DNA of 64,000 nt from Actinomycetota bacterium (GTDB lineage Bacteria; Actinomycetota; UBA4738; HRBIN12): the NCBI GenBank assembly GCA_026003015.1, contig BPGL01000001.1:64922-128921 (forward strand). The letters run 5' to 3'. Positions within the stretch are counted from its first letter, which is position 1; every line of letters begins with the position of its first letter. Below the pieces are notes generated by a model. It searched no databases, had not been told where the DNA came from, and worked only from the letters and a program-made list of their open reading frames with translations. Below, piece after piece: positions 61,368-64,000 of this stretch. Made by a program: the position numbers and the translations under genes.

Positions 61368-61550
61368 ATGGCCAACGACACCACCGAGCACCCACCCATG
61401 CGCACGGGCGATTGCCCGTACTGCGAGCGAACCGTGCTCGTCTACGAGGACCCGCCCCGCTGCCCGCTGTGCGCATGCCCCCTCGACGAGGCGACGATGC
61501 AGCCGTTCGTCCTGCCCACCGAGGGCGAGCCCCGCGGGGACGATCGGTAG
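61368..61550 (+). CDS. Small hypothetical zinc-ribbon protein
   Basis: 60 aa with high GC3 bias and CPYC...CPLCAC cysteine pairs. Confidence 0.4.
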   Translation: MANDTTEHPPMRTGDCPYCERTVLVYEDPPRCPLCACPLDEATMQPFVLPTEGEPRGDDR

Positions 61551-61586
61551 CTCGTCGGGGCTTGCCGTCGCCCCGGCGAGGCGGGC

Positions 61587-63353
61587 TCACCCCAGGCGGG
61601 CGTCGCGCCAGCCGCGGACCGAGTTGATGACCGCGAGGGCCTCGGCGTCCTCGAGCTCGGCGAGCGTGATCGGGCGCTCGGCGATCCGTCCCGCGTCGAG
61701 CAGGGCGGCCCGCTCGATGCCCGGCAGCAGCCCCGCGTCGAGGGGGGGTGTCCACCACCGCCCGTCGAGGCGCACGACGAGGTTGCCGATCGTCGTCTCC
61801 GTGACCTCGCCGTGGACGTTCACGAGCACGACGTCGTCGGCGTCGGGATGGCGTCCCCGAGCCTCGTCGTAGCGGCCACGCAGCGACGTCTTGTGGTAGA
61901 GGAGCTCGTCGCGGGGGTCGACCGGGTGGTCGCGGTCGATCGCGAGCCGTACCGGCCCGGGCGCCTGTGCGAGCGGCGCGATCCCGGTACGGACGCGACC
62001 GCGGCGATCGAGCAGGACCCGAACGCGCGCGGGCCGATCGGGGACGCGGCGCACGGCGCGCTCCATCGCCTCGACCACTCGTTCGCGCTCGAACACGTAG
62101 CCGAAGTACCCCGCGGAGTCGCGCAGGCGGCGGAGGTGGCGCTCGAGGTGGCGGAACCCCACGCCGGGGTCGTGCCGCACGGTCTCGAGCAGCTCGAAGG
62201 CCGGGCGACGAGCGACGAGGACCCGGGCCTTGGCCACGATCTCCTCGTACTCGGACTCGGCGCGGGAATCCCAGGTGATCCCGCCCCCAACCCCGTACTC
62301 CGCGATGCCGGTCGCCGCCTCGATCACCACGGTGCGGATCGCCACGCTGAAGCGGGCGCGCGGGTCGCCGGCGTCGGGGGGCGCGAGATAGCCGACCGCC
62401 CCGCAGTACACGCCGCGCGGGGCGTCCTCGAGCTCGGCGATGATCCCCATCGTCGAGGCCTTCGGCGCGCCGGTGACCGACCCGCTGGGGAACAGCGCGC
62501 GCATCACCGCCACGAGGTCGGTCCCCGGCTCGAGGTCAGCGGCGACGGTCGAGGTCAGCTGCCACACGGTCTCGTAGCGCTCCGGCTCGAACACGTCGTT
62601 CCAGCGGACCGATCCGGGCCGCGCGATGCGCCCGAGGTCGTTGCGGAGCAGGTCCACGATCATCGCGTTCTCGGCGCGGTCCTTGACCGAGGTCGTGAGG
62701 CGCGCCCGGACCCGCTCGTCCTCCGCAAGGAGCCGTCCGCGGGGAGCCGTCCCCTTCATCGGGCGGGTGGTGATCGTGGGGCCGTCGATCCGGAAGAACA
62801 GCTCCGGGGAGGCCGAGCAGATGCGGAACGCGCCGGTGTCGAGGTAGGCGGCGTAGGCGCATCGCTGGGCGTAGCACAGGTCCCGGTACAGTCCGCGCGG
62901 GTCGCCGGCGAGGCGGGCCCGCAGCCGGATCGTGTGGTTCACCTGGTAGGTGTCGCCGGCCGCGATGCGCTCGCGGATCGCCGCGACGGCGGCCTCGTAG
63001 CGCTCGCGGCCCACCGTGGCGCGCCACGCGAGCAAGGCGGGCGCGGCGGCGCTCGACGGCTCGGGCAGCACGGTCTCCTCCCGGCGGGCGAAGATCGCGA
63101 ACCAGGCGAGCGGGAGTGCCGCGAACGGGTCGTCGGGCGCGGGCGTTCGCACCCGCAGGGTCGCGTCGAACCCGGGGGCGGCCTCATAGGCGAGGAACCC
63201 CGCGACCCAGGCGCCCCGGGCCGCGGCCGCTTCGGCCGCCGCGACGACCTCGGGGACCTCAGACGGCCGCGTGGCGGCGAGCACGCCGATCGGCTCGGCG
63301 AGGCGGAAGCTCGCCTGCCCGCCGGTCAGGTCGTCGAAGCGCGCCAGGACCAC
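61587..63353 (-). CDS. pabB: Aminodeoxychorismate synthase component I fused to aminodeoxychorismate lyase (PabB-PabC)
   Basis: 588 aa. The N-terminal ~430 aa form a chorismate-binding enzyme (SPELFF, PKAS-like) and the C-terminal ~150 aa form a class IV aminotransferase fold. This fusion is known in actinobacteria. Confidence 0.8.
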   Translation of the reverse strand: MVLARFDDLTGGQASFRLAEPIGVLAATRPSEVPEVVAAAEAAAARGAWVAGFLAYEAAPGFDATLRVRTPAPDDPFAALPLAWFAIFARREETVLPEPSSAAAPALLAWRATVGRERYEAAVAAIRERIAAGDTYQVNHTIRLRARLAGDPRGLYRDLCYAQRCAYAAYLDTGAFRICSASPELFFRIDGPTITTRPMKGTAPRGRLLAEDERVRARLTTSVKDRAENAMIVDLLRNDLGRIARPGSVRWNDVFEPERYETVWQLTSTVAADLEPGTDLVAVMRALFPSGSVTGAPKASTMGIIAELEDAPRGVYCGAVGYLAPPDAGDPRARFSVAIRTVVIEAATGIAEYGVGGGITWDSRAESEYEEIVAKARVLVARRPAFELLETVRHDPGVGFRHLERHLRRLRDSAGYFGYVFERERVVEAMERAVRRVPDRPARVRVLLDRRGRVRTGIAPLAQAPGPVRLAIDRDHPVDPRDELLYHKTSLRGRYDEARGRHPDADDVVLVNVHGEVTETTIGNLVVRLDGRWWTPPLDAGLLPGIERAALLDAGRIAERPITLAELEDAEALAVINSVRGWRDARLG

Positions 63354-63408
63354 GCGCTCACGATACGTGGAGCCGCGCGACGGCTCGGGTCCGGGTAGCC
63401 TGGTCGGC

Positions 63409-64000
63409 GTGCGAACGCGCGGTTCGGTCCTCGTCGCGATGTCGGGTGGCGTCGACTCCGCGGTGGCCGCGTGCCTGCTCGCGCGCGGCGGCTACGCGGT
63501 GACCGGCGTGCACCTCGAGCTCGTCCCTCCCGGCGGGGAGGTCGACCACGGGTGCTGCGGCCCGACGGCCCGGGCCGACGCCGAACGCTCGGCGCGGGCG
63601 GCCGGGATCCCCTTCGAGGTGGTCGACGTCTCGGAGGTCTTCGAGCGCACGGTGCTGGCCGACTTCGTCGCCGAGCACCGTGCCGGCAGGACCCCGAACC
63701 CGTGCATCGGCTGCAACGCCTCGATCAAGTTCGGCGTCTTCGTGACCCTCGCCGATGCGCGCGGTGTGGAGCACGTCGCGACCGGACACCATGCGCGGCG
63801 CGTCCGGGCTGCCGACGGCACCTGGCGTCTGTTGCGGGCGGTCGATCGGCGCAAGGATCAGAGCTACCTCCTGCACGTCCTCGGCCAGGCGGAGCTCGCC
63901 CGTTCGCTGTTCCCGATCGGGGAGCGCACGAAGGCCGAGGTACGGGAGCTGGCGGCCGCCTTCGGGCTCCCGGTCGCGGCGAAGCCCGACTCGCAGGAGC
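63409..64000 (+). CDS. mnmA: tRNA-specific 2-thiouridylase MnmA (3' end truncated by the window edge)
   Basis: The frame from the GTG at 63409 is open to the window end. It has a PP-loop SGGVDSAV and the NPCIGCN motif. It is absent from the ORF track because there is no stop in the window. Confidence 0.8.
   Translation, partial: MRTRGSVLVAMSGGVDSAVAACLLARGGYAVTGVHLELVPPGGEVDHGCCGPTARADAERSARAAGIPFEVVDVSEVFERTVLADFVAEHRAGRTPNPCIGCNASIKFGVFVTLADARGVEHVATGHHARRVRAADGTWRLLRAVDRRKDQSYLLHVLGQAELARSLFPIGERTKAEVRELAAAFGLPVAAKPDSQE

Overview
This is a high-GC (roughly 70%) chromosomal segment that looks actinobacterial, with dense, largely co-directional genes, many joined by 4-nt ATGA/GTGA start-stop overlaps. 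Most of it is conserved housekeeping. There is a frameshifted CheY-like response regulator followed by argS, a lysA-GNAT fusion, hom and thrC, then thrB. There is a run rho, rpmE, a DUF1385 gene, a DivIVA-domain gene, prfA, prmC, a tsaC-like gene, an LMW-PTP gene, rpiB, glyA and a wecA-like gene. There is a complete F1Fo ATP synthase operon (atpZ-like, atpI-like, then atpB, atpE, atpF, atpH, atpA, atpG, atpD, atpC) behind a textbook TTGACG-17-TATACT promoter, then murA. Accessory content is interspersed.

- Two polyamine-type ABC transporter loci.
- A glycine-betaine (proX, proV, proW) ABC operon whose downstream genes are an NmrA-like reductase and a clear heliorhodopsin (7-TM, motifs matching the 48C12 family, Schiff-base Lys present).
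- A CarH/LitR-type MerR regulator with a B12-binding domain, and a TetR regulator with two GTGTAC-N3-GTACAC operators, both close to the heliorhodopsin.
- A Bpa (GQYL) proteasome activator next to an M20 peptidase and pdxH.
- A gene pair that looks like the archaeal cyclic-2,3-diphosphoglycerate pathway (cDPG synthetase plus 2-phosphoglycerate kinase), translationally coupled to transaldolase and rho.
- A MarP-like CvpA-protease fusion.
- A cobalt ECF transporter (cbiM, PDGLE, cbiQ, cbiO) next to meaB and a Fur-family regulator.
- An IS110-family transposase remnant, next to an apparently frameshifted secreted-protein gene and two tiny zinc-ribbon ORFs.
- A pabB-pabC fusion and the start of mnmA.

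One tRNA-Arg(CCG) is present. No rRNA or CRISPR was seen. The most interesting items are the heliorhodopsin neighbourhood (osmoprotectant operon plus light and redox regulators) and the putative bacterial cDPG operon.
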